IMG/VR virus record: IMGVR_UViG_3300028591_000086
Span: 1-64,000 of that record
Source: a virus
Taxonomy: Duplodnaviria; Caudoviricetes
Strand: one strand, 5' to 3'
DNA length: 64,000 nucleotides
The position numbers and the translations under genes are program-made. Shown piece after piece: positions 1 to 9,560 of the stretch. Positions within the stretch are counted from its first letter, which is position 1; each line of letters starts with the position of its first letter. Under the pieces are notes generated by a model that saw only the letters and a program-made list of their open reading frames with translations, did not search any database and was not told the DNA's origin.

Positions 1-1248
1 TAAATAAGGTAATATATCTTTATTAGTTAAGAATAATACATTATTAGATAAACCGCATTGGTGTTTTCTTTCATAAAGATCATCCATGAATTCTTTTTCT
101 TCGAGAGTAAATTCTTTAGAATTATGATGAAGTTTATTATAAGGAAATATCATATTACCATCTTTAAAATAATGATCACCTTTAATTTCTACTAACTGAT
201 TATTTATCATAAAATCTGGGATATAATTTCTTATATTGCCTTTAGAATCTTTATAATTAAAAGTACATGGATTTCTAATAATAGATATACCATTATCTAT
301 ACAATATATCCATACTGCTAATTCCCATGAAGAATCAAAATATATACCATAATAGTTATATTTATAACCAACATGTAATGTACCATATTTTGCAAATTTA
401 GCAAATATAGCTTTGTTTTTAATATCTTCGTTTTTCATAGGATACATATTGTTATATCGTTTTTTACAAGTCATTTCTGCTTGTTTACGATTAGTGTAAT
501 GCTCATTATTGTATTTATTTAATTTAGTAATTTTCATTTTATTTATATTATTATAATTTTTATTACTGTAACGTTTTAATTTAGTATTTTTAATTTTATA
601 TTTACATATATCAGTATTATTATATTCTTGGATGGTCATTCCGTTATGATTTTTCTTAAACGTCTCTATTTTCTTATCATTGTTCGAATAATTTGGATCA
701 CCATATTTTTTCTCACACGTTAGCTTAGCTTTATCAATGAATATTTTTACATAATTTTCACCATAACGTTTTATATTAGTCGATCTAGCTTTATCTCTGT
801 TATTATATTTTTCATCGCCATAACGTTCAAATTTAGTTTCATTTCGTCTTCTAGTAATTTCTTCCCATTCCTCATTAGATTTATTGGATAATGCTTTCGA
901 TATCGATTTAGCTATTTCTGGATTTTTAGAAGGCGCAGAGTACCCATATTTTATCAAATTAGTTTGTTTCATTTTTAATTTAACACATTCAAGTTTTGAT
1001 GGAACAGATATACCGTATCTTTTAATATTAGTTATTTCAGTTTTTTTACGTGCGGAAATATAATCCATATTAGACAGTTGTCCGCATTTTTTACATAAAA
1101 AATTAGAATAGTGTGGGATTCTATGTTTTCTAAAACTATTAATGATAAACAGTTGTCCGCATTTTTTACAATAGAATCCGAACGGTTTATTAAATGATAA
1201 TTTTGAAAAATCATTTATGTCTGAGATTAGAACAATATTATCTTCCAT
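1..1248 (-). CDS. Free-standing homing-endonuclease-like protein (N-terminal CxxC, KYG/RYG repeats, C-terminal PD-(D/E)XK nuclease); runs off the left edge
   Basis: Not in the ORF track; read by hand from ATG at 1248 (MEDNIVLISDINDF...FYCKKCG...LCKKCG...KRYG...KYG...YFDSSWELAVW...YIPDF...VEIKGDH). C-terminal part is nearly identical to that of 51384..52916. Confidence 0.8.
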   Translation of the reverse strand, partial: MEDNIVLISDINDFSKLSFNKPFGFYCKKCGQLFIINSFRKHRIPHYSNFLCKKCGQLSNMDYISARKKTEITNIKRYGISVPSKLECVKLKMKQTNLIKYGYSAPSKNPEIAKSISKALSNKSNEEWEEITRRRNETKFERYGDEKYNNRDKARSTNIKRYGENYVKIFIDKAKLTCEKKYGDPNYSNNDKKIETFKKNHNGMTIQEYNNTDICKYKIKNTKLKRYSNKNYNNINKMKITKLNKYNNEHYTNRKQAEMTCKKRYNNMYPMKNEDIKNKAIFAKFAKYGTLHVGYKYNYYGIYFDSSWELAVWIYCIDNGISIIRNPCTFNYKDSKGNIRNYIPDFMINNQLVEIKGDHYFKDGNMIFPYNKLHHNSKEFTLEEKEFMDDLYERKHQCGLSNNVLFLTNKDILPYL

Positions 1249-1311
1249 AATCTTTCTTTCCTTTTTCAACGATGTTACTGTATAAATACTAGTTGTGACA
1301 GGCTGATAATG

Positions 1312-1345
1312 ATTCTTCTTCTCATTTACACGATGAGAAGAAGAA
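1312..1345. terminator. Probable intrinsic terminator hairpin
   Basis: TTCTTCTTCTCAT-ttacacg-ATGAGAAGAAGAA just after the stop of 1355..2581. Confidence 0.6.
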
Positions 1346-1354
1346 TATTACTTA

Positions 1355-2581
1355 TTAACCCATACTACTTCGAGAAGTTATCAATGGTGTAGCCGCTGCG
1401 ACCGCTGCGACAGAAGTTGGTGGACAAAAAACTATTGCACCTATAGTATCAACCTTAGCTGCTATAGAATTCAAACATGAAATAACAGGTTGCGCTTTAG
1501 CTAATCCCATAGACACCGTACACGGATTACCCGAAGTAAATACTCCTGAACTTGAAATATTTGCACACGTAGGCATAGGATTAACACCAGCATTTCCCCA
1601 TATACTAAATGAATTAGATGTAAGAACTTTGGTAAATCCTGCAATAGGAGAGTCACATTTCCATTTAGAAGTTTTATTTTCATAACTAGAACTCTCTATT
1701 TTAGTATTGTTATAATTAGAATTAAGTTTATTACCTTTAATGTTGAGTTCGTCTATCTCTTCAGTATCTTTATCTGATGTGGTATTGATTTCATCGCAAT
1801 CGCGTTTAAGTTTAGAAGTCTTTATTTCAATATCCTTTTCAGCTTCTATTTTTATATGTTTTATCTTAGCCGTCAACGTATCTTTAGTGATATCTATATG
1901 TGAACCAGCTTCATTATCATAGGTGAGTGAATCATCGTCTGTTCCCATCTGAATAACACGTTTTCCACTATCTGATAATACAACTTTTCCTTCTTTAGCA
2001 TTTATACCAAAATAATACACACCTTTTTCTTTACCACTGTTTTTTCCACCAGTTTTAGATGTCCATAAGCTAATAATTTTTTCTTTCGTATCAATTTGAA
2101 AACCGAAAGTATTATCAAAAGTCATATCTGAATTGTCGTACTTCTCAAAATTAGGAACCATCAATGTCCATATATCATTTTTACGTTTATTTACTTCACC
2201 CAGAGTATAAGGTAAAACAAACAAGTTCTTCAGATCTCTATCTACAGATGTAACCCAAACGTTTTCACCTTTAGCATATTTAGGCGGTAGAACGTTATTG
2301 GTTTGCGACACTTGAAGAGTAACGTAGTTTTTTATCTTTATATTATTTTTTCCAATACTTTTGTTTACACTATTTAAACAGTTATCTTTCTTTATAAAAA
2401 TGTTGTCTTCATATGCTCCGTTATTTATCGGTAAACCAAACATTAATTTACTGATAAATACACCTATAACATTATCTTTTTTATATTCTTCAGATGTCTT
2501 GACAACTAAGCCAAGCATCTTATCTTCACCATATAATAAACTTCTTTCTGAAGTAGGATTTATAAAATTTTTAATATACAT
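1355..2581 (-). CDS. Putative baseplate central spike/hub protein (gp5/VgrG-like)
   Basis: 408 aa; N-terminal OB-like region (PPKYAKGENVWV), long beta-repeat region, small-residue-rich C-terminus; GAGGAG SD and AACA-N6-TG motif upstream. Confidence 0.5.
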   Translation of the reverse strand: MYIKNFINPTSERSLLYGEDKMLGLVVKTSEEYKKDNVIGVFISKLMFGLPINNGAYEDNIFIKKDNCLNSVNKSIGKNNIKIKNYVTLQVSQTNNVLPPKYAKGENVWVTSVDRDLKNLFVLPYTLGEVNKRKNDIWTLMVPNFEKYDNSDMTFDNTFGFQIDTKEKIISLWTSKTGGKNSGKEKGVYYFGINAKEGKVVLSDSGKRVIQMGTDDDSLTYDNEAGSHIDITKDTLTAKIKHIKIEAEKDIEIKTSKLKRDCDEINTTSDKDTEEIDELNIKGNKLNSNYNNTKIESSSYENKTSKWKCDSPIAGFTKVLTSNSFSIWGNAGVNPMPTCANISSSGVFTSGNPCTVSMGLAKAQPVISCLNSIAAKVDTIGAIVFCPPTSVAAVAAATPLITSRSSMG

Positions 2582-2601
2582 ATTTATAATCTCCTCTTAT
2601 G

Positions 2602-2613
2602 CATTAAAATGTT
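2602..2613 (-). promoter_or_regulatory. Putative late promoter AACA-N6-TG
   Basis: Minus strand AACATTTTAATG; the motif recurs upstream of structural genes. Confidence 0.6.
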
Positions 2614-2651
2614 TGAATTTTATTTAATAACGTATTCAACGTACATATTAT

Positions 2652-2720
2652 ATTACTGTAGTTTAGAGGTAGAACGTTGGCCGAAAGGCCAAAAACACTG
2701 GTTCGAATCCAGTCATTTTA
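2652..2720 (+). ncRNA. tRNA-like element / degenerate tRNA in a 5' leader
   Basis: D arm GTTT-AGAGGTA-GAAC, arm TTGGCC-GAAA-GGCCAA, T arm ACTGG-TTCGAAT-CCAGT; acceptor stem mostly unpaired, no CCA. Confidence 0.65.
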
Positions 2721-2751
2721 AATTCAATTCTATAGCTTAAAGGAGAAATTT

Positions 2752-3261
2752 ATGGAAAAGAAAACAATTAAATTTGGAGTTTGGGAAAATAACGAAATCT
2801 TTGTTGAGAACAAAATTATCATTCCCAACTTTTCAACAAACTACGGGTTTGAACTAAAGAACGGCATGTTAGTTACTGACATCGAAGGAAAAGAATATAA
2901 GATGTGCTATATAGGCAGTGGTACATCGTATCTCAAATACGAAATAAAGCCCCACTTGAGAGACGACGTGTCGTTTAAACTCTTTGAAAAAACAAAAGAT
3001 CTGGTTGGAAAAAACTGGAGAACCAATGCGGCCGTTCTTACATTGATTGAAAATATTCAATATACGTTTATGCTCGAAGAAGGCGTTAAGACCTGTTACG
3101 GATATACCGATATTAAAGACGGTAAAAAATCTTTAATAGGTTTAATACCTATAGATCATGAATATAATGAAATAGTCGATACCTCATGGAATGATTATAC
3201 TGGGGAATACGACATATTCACGACTAGAGAAGCCAGACCTATTGAAGAAAAAACTGCCTAA
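2752..3261 (+). CDS. Hypothetical protein (probable early gene)
   Basis: 169 aa ORF with AAGGAG SD, followed by a terminator. Confidence 0.75.
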   Translation: MEKKTIKFGVWENNEIFVENKIIIPNFSTNYGFELKNGMLVTDIEGKEYKMCYIGSGTSYLKYEIKPHLRDDVSFKLFEKTKDLVGKNWRTNAAVLTLIENIQYTFMLEEGVKTCYGYTDIKDGKKSLIGLIPIDHEYNEIVDTSWNDYTGEYDIFTTREARPIEEKTA

Positions 3262-3300
3262 ATAAAAAAGAACCTCTCGAATGAGAGGTTCTTTTTTATT
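3261..3300. terminator. Bidirectional intrinsic terminator
   Basis: AAAAAAGAACCTCTC-gaat-GAGAGGTTCTTTTTT between convergent genes. Confidence 0.85.
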
Positions 3301-4471
3301 CTTTTTTTGTAACTCTAGCTATAGTAACAGATTCTACCGCACGGGTGATTCCACTATATAGCCAGTTCTTATATTGATCTTTTCGACCATGATAATCGTC
3401 AACTACTACAACGTTGTTCCATTGACTACCCTGAGATTTATGTACAGATATTGCATATGCAAATGTACACGCAGTATATTCTCTAGGTAAATCGAAAAGA
3501 TTTATATTTTCTGCTTCATTAGGATCATCTAATGAATATATGTCAAAAATACATTTCGGACATTTTAAATTAAACATCAGATGTTTATCATCTATAAAAT
3601 CAGGACGTACTTTTAATTCGACATAATCTAATTTTGTGTTTATTATAGGATCTTCAAGTACATTCATAACCATACCATTCATAGGATTAATTATAGTATC
3701 ATTAAATATTATTTCATGATTTAAATCATTTTTAATACATACTATTTTCTCACCTTTTAATGGATATTTAGATTTATCATATCCTAATCTATGACGTATT
3801 TCTTTATTTAATTTCTTTCTAGTCCTATTAGACCAACATAGAACAGCATCATAGTTCTCTATATGAAGTAAATCTTCATAATTTAAAACTTGGCTTTCTA
3901 TGTATTTACCATTAGGAATAGGCTCATCGTTTCTAGCCATCGTTGCAAGTACCAATATACCAGAATCTCCAGCTTGTCGCATAACCATAGTAAGCATAAC
4001 GTTAGGATGTTGAATATACATGTTTGGTGTAAATAATGGTGGTAATTGACCAGGATCGCCTAGTGCTAATATAGGTATTCCAAAAGTTTTAATATCTTCC
4101 ATCATTTTACCATCCACCATTGATACTTCATCAATAACTATCAATTTAATACAACTATTTATAGATTTTCTTTTAGCAAAGAACGTTTGTCCAGTTTGAT
4201 TATCTACACAAACTCTATAAAATGTTGAATGTATTGTATTTGAATATGCTCCTTTAGCTCGCAACAATGAAGAAGCTTTACCTGTTAAAGTAACGTATAA
4301 AACTTGATATTTATTTATTCCTAATAATTCTACTAATAAGTTTACAGTAGAAGATTTACCTGTTCCGGCATATCCTCCAATAGTGAAAACTAAATCTTTA
4401 TCAGGATTAAAAAACCATTTTATAGCTTCAGTAATTCCTTTCGATTGTTGTTCATTTAAATGTAAAGACAC
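3296..4471 (-). CDS. Dda/RecD-like SF1B DNA helicase
   Basis: GYAGTGKS Walker A, IVIDEVSM, GDPGQLPP, RQ, HKSQGSQW, YSGITRA. Confidence 0.9.
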   Translation of the reverse strand: MSLHLNEQQSKGITEAIKWFFNPDKDLVFTIGGYAGTGKSSTVNLLVELLGINKYQVLYVTLTGKASSLLRAKGAYSNTIHSTFYRVCVDNQTGQTFFAKRKSINSCIKLIVIDEVSMVDGKMMEDIKTFGIPILALGDPGQLPPLFTPNMYIQHPNVMLTMVMRQAGDSGILVLATMARNDEPIPNGKYIESQVLNYEDLLHIENYDAVLCWSNRTRKKLNKEIRHRLGYDKSKYPLKGEKIVCIKNDLNHEIIFNDTIINPMNGMVMNVLEDPIINTKLDYVELKVRPDFIDDKHLMFNLKCPKCIFDIYSLDDPNEAENINLFDLPREYTACTFAYAISVHKSQGSQWNNVVVVDDYHGRKDQYKNWLYSGITRAVESVTIARVTKKE

Positions 4472-4494
4472 ATTCGTTTCCTTATCCGAATAAA

Positions 4495-4851
4495 TTATTT
4501 ATGTGAGTTTATAGCTTCAATTCCTATATACACATGATTATGTTCAGGAGTAACGTGCACGAAATTGATTATACCTCTCAATGTAGCATCTTTAATACAT
4601 TCATCTATAAATTGATCAACTGTTATATCTTTTAAATTTTCTTTGAAGAACTCATAAGACGTATAATTTCTAATTATTTGTCGTCCATGGGTAGGTTTGT
4701 AAACAAATACTGTTCCTTTTTTATTTACATCAATTTTAGTAATAGCTTGTTGTGGAGAAACTTCTGTCATCTTAACACCATTTTTAGCTCGTTCTTCACG
4801 GTCTTTAGCTATTGCTTCTTTAGGTCTTACGTTAAATTCCATTGTGCTCAT
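4495..4851 (-). CDS. Hypothetical protein
   Basis: ORF; start placed at MSTMEF after an AAGGTG SD to avoid overlap. Confidence 0.65.
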   Translation of the reverse strand: MSTMEFNVRPKEAIAKDREERAKNGVKMTEVSPQQAITKIDVNKKGTVFVYKPTHGRQIIRNYTSYEFFKENLKDITVDQFIDECIKDATLRGIINFVHVTPEHNHVYIGIEAINSHK

Positions 4852-4867
4852 AAGAAACACCTTTATT

Positions 4868-5332
4868 CTACTTAATAATTTCGACTTCATCGCGAAGCCG
4901 TTCAAATTCTTCAACGAATGCTTCATGTATTTCGTCCGCGTTAATCAATCTCATTGCTTCAAATATATCGTCCATTTTAATAGACAATTCTGCTTTTAAT
5001 TGTATGTATTCACACCTTACATCGATAGGTTCAACTGATATATTGTACAATAAATAACAATAATCGTCTTTTTCATTATATAAGACTAAATATTTAGAAA
5101 ATCTTTTGAAATTTTCATAATTAACTTCGGACATTTCACGAAGACTTCCAGATCTATTTATCCATAAATACAATTGTGAGGCTATGTATGATAGTTTTGA
5201 ACCAGAATAAGTTTTGAATATTCGTACTTCATATTCCCTATCCAAACTTTCTAAAGTTGCACCATACCTTTCCCCAACTTTTTCAAGACAAATCTCTTTA
5301 TCTTTTCTAGATACAATTCCTATATTATCCAT
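4868..5332 (-). CDS. Hypothetical protein
   Basis: 154 aa ORF, AAGGAG SD. Confidence 0.7.
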   Translation of the reverse strand: MDNIGIVSRKDKEICLEKVGERYGATLESLDREYEVRIFKTYSGSKLSYIASQLYLWINRSGSLREMSEVNYENFKRFSKYLVLYNEKDDYCYLLYNISVEPIDVRCEYIQLKAELSIKMDDIFEAMRLINADEIHEAFVEEFERLRDEVEIIK

Positions 5333-5414
5333 AATATCTCCTTTTTATAAGATTTCAATAACATATCTAAGTTATTAATTAAATACATAAATACATAGAC
5401 AATGAGGTGTTTAT

Positions 5415-6431
5415 ATGAATGAATTATTAAATCTGAGTGATGACGAATATCTAGTTTCTTTTTGTATTCCTATCTACAAATACCCTGTAGAAAAATTACA
5501 TAAATGTTTAGATTCTATATTAAACTGCGGATTAGATACTACTGATTATGAAATAATTATTATCAGTGATGGAAATAATAAAACTTTTAATAAAGAATTA
5601 GATAAACTCTTAGAATATTATAAATCTATAATTGATGTAAATATTCAAATAGCAATCCATATAAAAAATTCTGGATTATTTGAATCTAGAAAAACCGGTG
5701 TTAAATTATCGCGCGGAAGTTATATTTGTCACGTAGACTGTGATGATGATTTAGAACCAGGTTGTTTCGATGATTTAAATGATTTTATATCTAATTCTAA
5801 AACTGAATGGGATATTATTCAATATAACTACAATATGATATATCCTAAAGAAATGAAGAACGCTTCAGAATCGTATTATAAATTTCAAGAATATATCGCT
5901 AAAGATAATAAAAGTTTATTAGAATTATGTATAGTTGATGATGGTATACCTAAATATATTTGGGGTAAATTAATAAATAGAAAAGCATATAATAGAATTC
6001 TTAATAATATGCCTGATACATATGTTAATTTTGCTGAAGATTTCTTAGCATTAGTATTTTTAACTTCTAATTCTAAATCATACATTTTCAGAAAAGATAT
6101 CAAAATGTATAACTATTACAGAACAGACGATTCGATGACTTCACATTATAAAAATATCAATAAAGAGAAATGGCAAAGTCTGATGTCTGTAGCAAATGTA
6201 ATAAATATAACTGATATTAATAATTTTAAAGATGAAAAAGTTAAGAAAGAGATGCAAAAAATACACACTAAATACACTTTGGAATTATATTCGTTGTTGA
6301 GATTAAGAGACCAAGTATTCGAATCGAATGAAATGAAGAACTATGCTATAAAATCGTTTACAGATATCTTCGGTAAAGAAACAGTCAATAGATTTGAAAA
6401 AGCATTTAAAGAAACTAATCAAAATAAATAA
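5415..6431 (+). CDS. Family 2 glycosyltransferase (GT-A fold)
   Basis: VSFCIPIY...EIIIISDG...NSGLFESRKTG...YICHVDCDD (DxD), WGKLI, AED. Confidence 0.9.
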   Translation: MNELLNLSDDEYLVSFCIPIYKYPVEKLHKCLDSILNCGLDTTDYEIIIISDGNNKTFNKELDKLLEYYKSIIDVNIQIAIHIKNSGLFESRKTGVKLSRGSYICHVDCDDDLEPGCFDDLNDFISNSKTEWDIIQYNYNMIYPKEMKNASESYYKFQEYIAKDNKSLLELCIVDDGIPKYIWGKLINRKAYNRILNNMPDTYVNFAEDFLALVFLTSNSKSYIFRKDIKMYNYYRTDDSMTSHYKNINKEKWQSLMSVANVINITDINNFKDEKVKKEMQKIHTKYTLELYSLLRLRDQVFESNEMKNYAIKSFTDIFGKETVNRFEKAFKETNQNK

Positions 6432-6464
6432 TAATTTCTCCTGGGAATTCCCAGGAGAAATTAA
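6431..6464. terminator. Bidirectional terminator
   Basis: TAATTTCTCCTGGG-aatt-CCCAGGAGAAATTA between convergent genes. Confidence 0.8.
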
Positions 6465-6481
6465 TTAATCTAATCAGATGA

Positions 6482-7795
6482 TTAATCGTCGACAGATCCT
6501 GTTGAAAGGAACAAGTCAAGAGCTCGTCCTTCATGGATAGCTTTTTCGATAATATATACTCCTTTGAATCCCATAGATTGATCTTTATGTTCTTCTTCAC
6601 TAGTATTCAATAAAATATTTGAGAAATGTGCAGGAGCATAAATACCTGAGTAGCCATCATTAATTCGTCGTAAAGAATCAGTATGAAAATTTGTGGTATA
6701 TAATAAATCTGAGCTCAATACATTGATATTATCAATATACCAGTTTTCAGTATCATCGGCATATCTTCCATCATATTTACTAAGTTCAGCAACTAATTTA
6801 GAATTTGTTGCAATAGAATTGATAATATCATCAACTGTACTATCAATTGTTATATCACAATCTACTACAAATGTCTTATCTGGAACAGCTTTACAAATTC
6901 CATACACACTAGATAATAGACTGTCATCGTCTTTAATAAATGTATCTGATAGTTTACCGAATTCGTAGCGAACTACACCATCAGCATCAACAAACACGAA
7001 AGTACTTTCCTGACCTTCTTCAAGTTGTAAAAGATTAAGAATAGTTGTTCTATCTTCTACATCGTCAGCATCACCGTTATATGCGATTTCTTTAGTTTTA
7101 CCTACATGGAAGAAGATTTTAGAAATCTTTCCCGGTACCTTAGTGTATTCAAATTCATCGGTGGTACTAGATTCTTCTTTTTCTTTCCATGTGAGATAAA
7201 GATCAACGTCCTGGAGGATTTTAGAGTTTGCACGTACTGTTATTTTCTTATCACCGCTACCTAGTTTATATGCACCAGAAATAGCATAATCGTTAAGTTG
7301 TGATGCGAATTCCGCATATGATGTTTTAAACTCTTCATTCTTAACAACATCAGCAATAACTTCTTTAAGAGTTACAGGATTATCTTTTCTGTTATATTTG
7401 AGTATAATTTCTCTTGTATTGCTAGTATCGTGATTACCTACTACTTCATTGAAATTAAAATTAACACGCACATCAATTGTTGCTGGAGAATCAGTATCTT
7501 CGCTCTTATAGAAATCTGTTGCTTCATCATTTGCAACGGTTGAACTAGTGATACCTACAGTTTTAAGTTTACTGATATTTTTATCAATATCTGATGTAAG
7601 AGGAATTTCAGTACCCTTGTCTGTAACGATCTTGAATCCTTCAGCAGCATCGAGTTTTACAAGTGTGGTTTTGAATTTAATCTTTTTTGTAGGATTAACT
7701 TCTCCTACCATAAGACATTTGGTTTTTAAAGATACGATTTTAGTGTCACCGACATCAAATTCGGAAACATTTCCTTTTTTATCAATCAATTGCAT
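6482..7795 (-). CDS. Hypothetical protein, possibly virion-associated
   Basis: 437 aa acidic beta-rich ORF, AAGGAG SD. Confidence 0.7.
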   Translation of the reverse strand: MQLIDKKGNVSEFDVGDTKIVSLKTKCLMVGEVNPTKKIKFKTTLVKLDAAEGFKIVTDKGTEIPLTSDIDKNISKLKTVGITSSTVANDEATDFYKSEDTDSPATIDVRVNFNFNEVVGNHDTSNTREIILKYNRKDNPVTLKEVIADVVKNEEFKTSYAEFASQLNDYAISGAYKLGSGDKKITVRANSKILQDVDLYLTWKEKEESSTTDEFEYTKVPGKISKIFFHVGKTKEIAYNGDADDVEDRTTILNLLQLEEGQESTFVFVDADGVVRYEFGKLSDTFIKDDDSLLSSVYGICKAVPDKTFVVDCDITIDSTVDDIINSIATNSKLVAELSKYDGRYADDTENWYIDNINVLSSDLLYTTNFHTDSLRRINDGYSGIYAPAHFSNILLNTSEEEHKDQSMGFKGVYIIEKAIHEGRALDLFLSTGSVDD

Positions 7796-7807
7796 ATAAT
7801 TGACTCC

Positions 7808-7984
7808 TTAGTTGAAATTTATTATTTCTAAATTTTTAATGCTATTTAAATTACTGGATTTAACGTTTGTTCTTGGTAATATCTGAAGATCTTTTGTCAG
7901 TTCAAATATAGGTTTATTTTTCTTATCTTTGATTTCCACTTTATCACATTTATCTAATCTTTTGATATCTTTGATAGTGTTCAT
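7808..7984 (-). CDS. Small hypothetical protein (58 aa)
   Basis: Read by hand: MNTIKDIKRLDKCDKVEIKD...; TAATG coupling with the upstream gene. Confidence 0.55.
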   Translation of the reverse strand: MNTIKDIKRLDKCDKVEIKDKKNKPIFELTKDLQILPRTNVKSSNLNSIKNLEIINFN

Positions 7985-9093
7985 TATTCTACCTCAGTTA
8001 TAATTACTGAAACGTTGATATCTTCTTCAAGAAATTCGTTATCCATATAAACTTTATCTTCACCATTAGCATCGGTTACAGTATATTCAACGTGACGTTC
8101 TATACCGTCATCAGGGAATTCGATTTCTGCCGATATATCATTCTTTAAATCTTCAAAGGTTTTTTCACCTGAGAAATAATGAAATGATTTTTCTTCAATT
8201 ATATCGTGGTATTTCTGTAATACACTAATAGTAATTTTTTTCTCAAAAACAAGTATTATATCTAATACTTTAGATTCGGATATAATTGTTTCTGGAGATA
8301 TTTCTTCTCCGTTACAAATAATCTTATGTACGTCTTCATTAAGTTGAGCTTTCTCAGCATAAATAGATGTAGTTTTAATCCAGTCAATTAGTTTAACTGG
8401 TTCTCCGTCACCTACACCTAATTCGTTTAAAATAAAACTATCGTATTTCACAGGATGAGAAATTCCATCGACTATAAGATTATATTGACCGTATATAAAA
8501 GGTTTATCAAAAAGATTTTCTGAGTCAATATTTACATACGGATTACTTACTTGTAATAGATGTGGATTACATATTACATCTACTGTGGTTTCGTGATTTT
8601 CAAAATCTTTGAATAGAATCTTATATTTTCCGATTTCATTCAAAGCTTTTTCATCATCATAAATACATGTGTTAGTATTATAGTTTTTAGGAGTTTCTAC
8701 GGTAGACACGTTGAATGTACAATCTTTATCACTCTCAAACAATTTAATATACTGTACATGATCGGTGTTTTTTCTATTACCGTTATTATAAGTTTCTAGT
8801 ATATCAAATAATGAATACGCTAACCAATTATAAGGTTTACTTGACGTTATATCTATAACTTTGCATATATAAAGAGAACCATATTGTTTGAATTCTACCA
8901 TACGTTTTATATCTGAGTCATCATACATAGCATCTTCAAACAATTTCAATGCACTAGGTATTTCAACGTCTCTAATACTATCTGGCGCACTTTTAATGGC
9001 GTTCTTTATCGTGCTTATCATAGAATCAATAACATTTTCCCCAAAAATACGTTTAATAATATGTATTTCTTGTGTAATAATGGATGGTATCAT
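7984..9093 (-). CDS. Hypothetical protein
   Basis: 369 aa ORF, GAGGA SD, AACA-N6-TG upstream. Confidence 0.7.
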   Translation of the reverse strand: MIPSIITQEIHIIKRIFGENVIDSMISTIKNAIKSAPDSIRDVEIPSALKLFEDAMYDDSDIKRMVEFKQYGSLYICKVIDITSSKPYNWLAYSLFDILETYNNGNRKNTDHVQYIKLFESDKDCTFNVSTVETPKNYNTNTCIYDDEKALNEIGKYKILFKDFENHETTVDVICNPHLLQVSNPYVNIDSENLFDKPFIYGQYNLIVDGISHPVKYDSFILNELGVGDGEPVKLIDWIKTTSIYAEKAQLNEDVHKIICNGEEISPETIISESKVLDIILVFEKKITISVLQKYHDIIEEKSFHYFSGEKTFEDLKNDISAEIEFPDDGIERHVEYTVTDANGEDKVYMDNEFLEEDINVSVIITEVE

Positions 9094-9124
9094 AATATTG
9101 ATCCTCTTTATCGATTTAAATTTA

Positions 9125-9177
9125 CATTATAATGTTTTTATTTCTTAATTAAGAAATCATTTTAAAACATTAAATTG
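9125..9177. promoter_or_regulatory. Divergent pair of putative late promoters
   Basis: Minus AACATTATAATG (9125-9136) and plus AACATTAAATTG (9166-9177). Confidence 0.6.
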
Positions 9178-9200
9178 ATATGCATTTACGGAGGTTTTAA

Positions 9201-9560
9201 ATGACCGAAAAAAAGAAAATAAATATTATATTAGAACCTATAAAAAATTGGTTTAAAAAATTTGGATTAATTTTGATTAGTATAGGTGCCGCTATATTAG
9301 CGGCTATAACTATAAAGAAAGCAGATCACATTATTCAAAAAAACGATGAATCTAAAAAGAATAAGTTAAATGAAAATGTAGATAAAGTTAAAGAAAATGT
9401 AAATAATACTAATAATATCAATAACGAAATTAAAAATGATATCAATGGTATTAAAGACAATATAGTAGAATACCAGCAACAGAATGATAAAGATAAAGAT
9501 GATTTCGCTGAAACACAAACAACTTTAGCAGAAAACGCTGGGTTCAAAAAGAAACAATAA
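9201..9560 (+). CDS. Membrane-anchored coiled-coil protein
   Basis: One hydrophobic helix (GLILISIGAAILAAITI) followed by an N/K-rich coil; GGAGG SD. Confidence 0.7.
   Translation: MTEKKKINIILEPIKNWFKKFGLILISIGAAILAAITIKKADHIIQKNDESKKNKLNENVDKVKENVNNTNNINNEIKNDINGIKDNIVEYQQQNDKDKDDFAETQTTLAENAGFKKKQ

Noticed and set aside
1032-1214. 60-aa ORF from the track
   Set aside because: Out-of-frame shadow of the long endonuclease ORF starting at 1248; its repeat reflects the duplicated CKKCGQL codons
2652-2720. Functional tRNA-Phe(GAA)
   Set aside because: Anticodon loop lacks U33 and is one nt short; acceptor stem does not pair; no CCA
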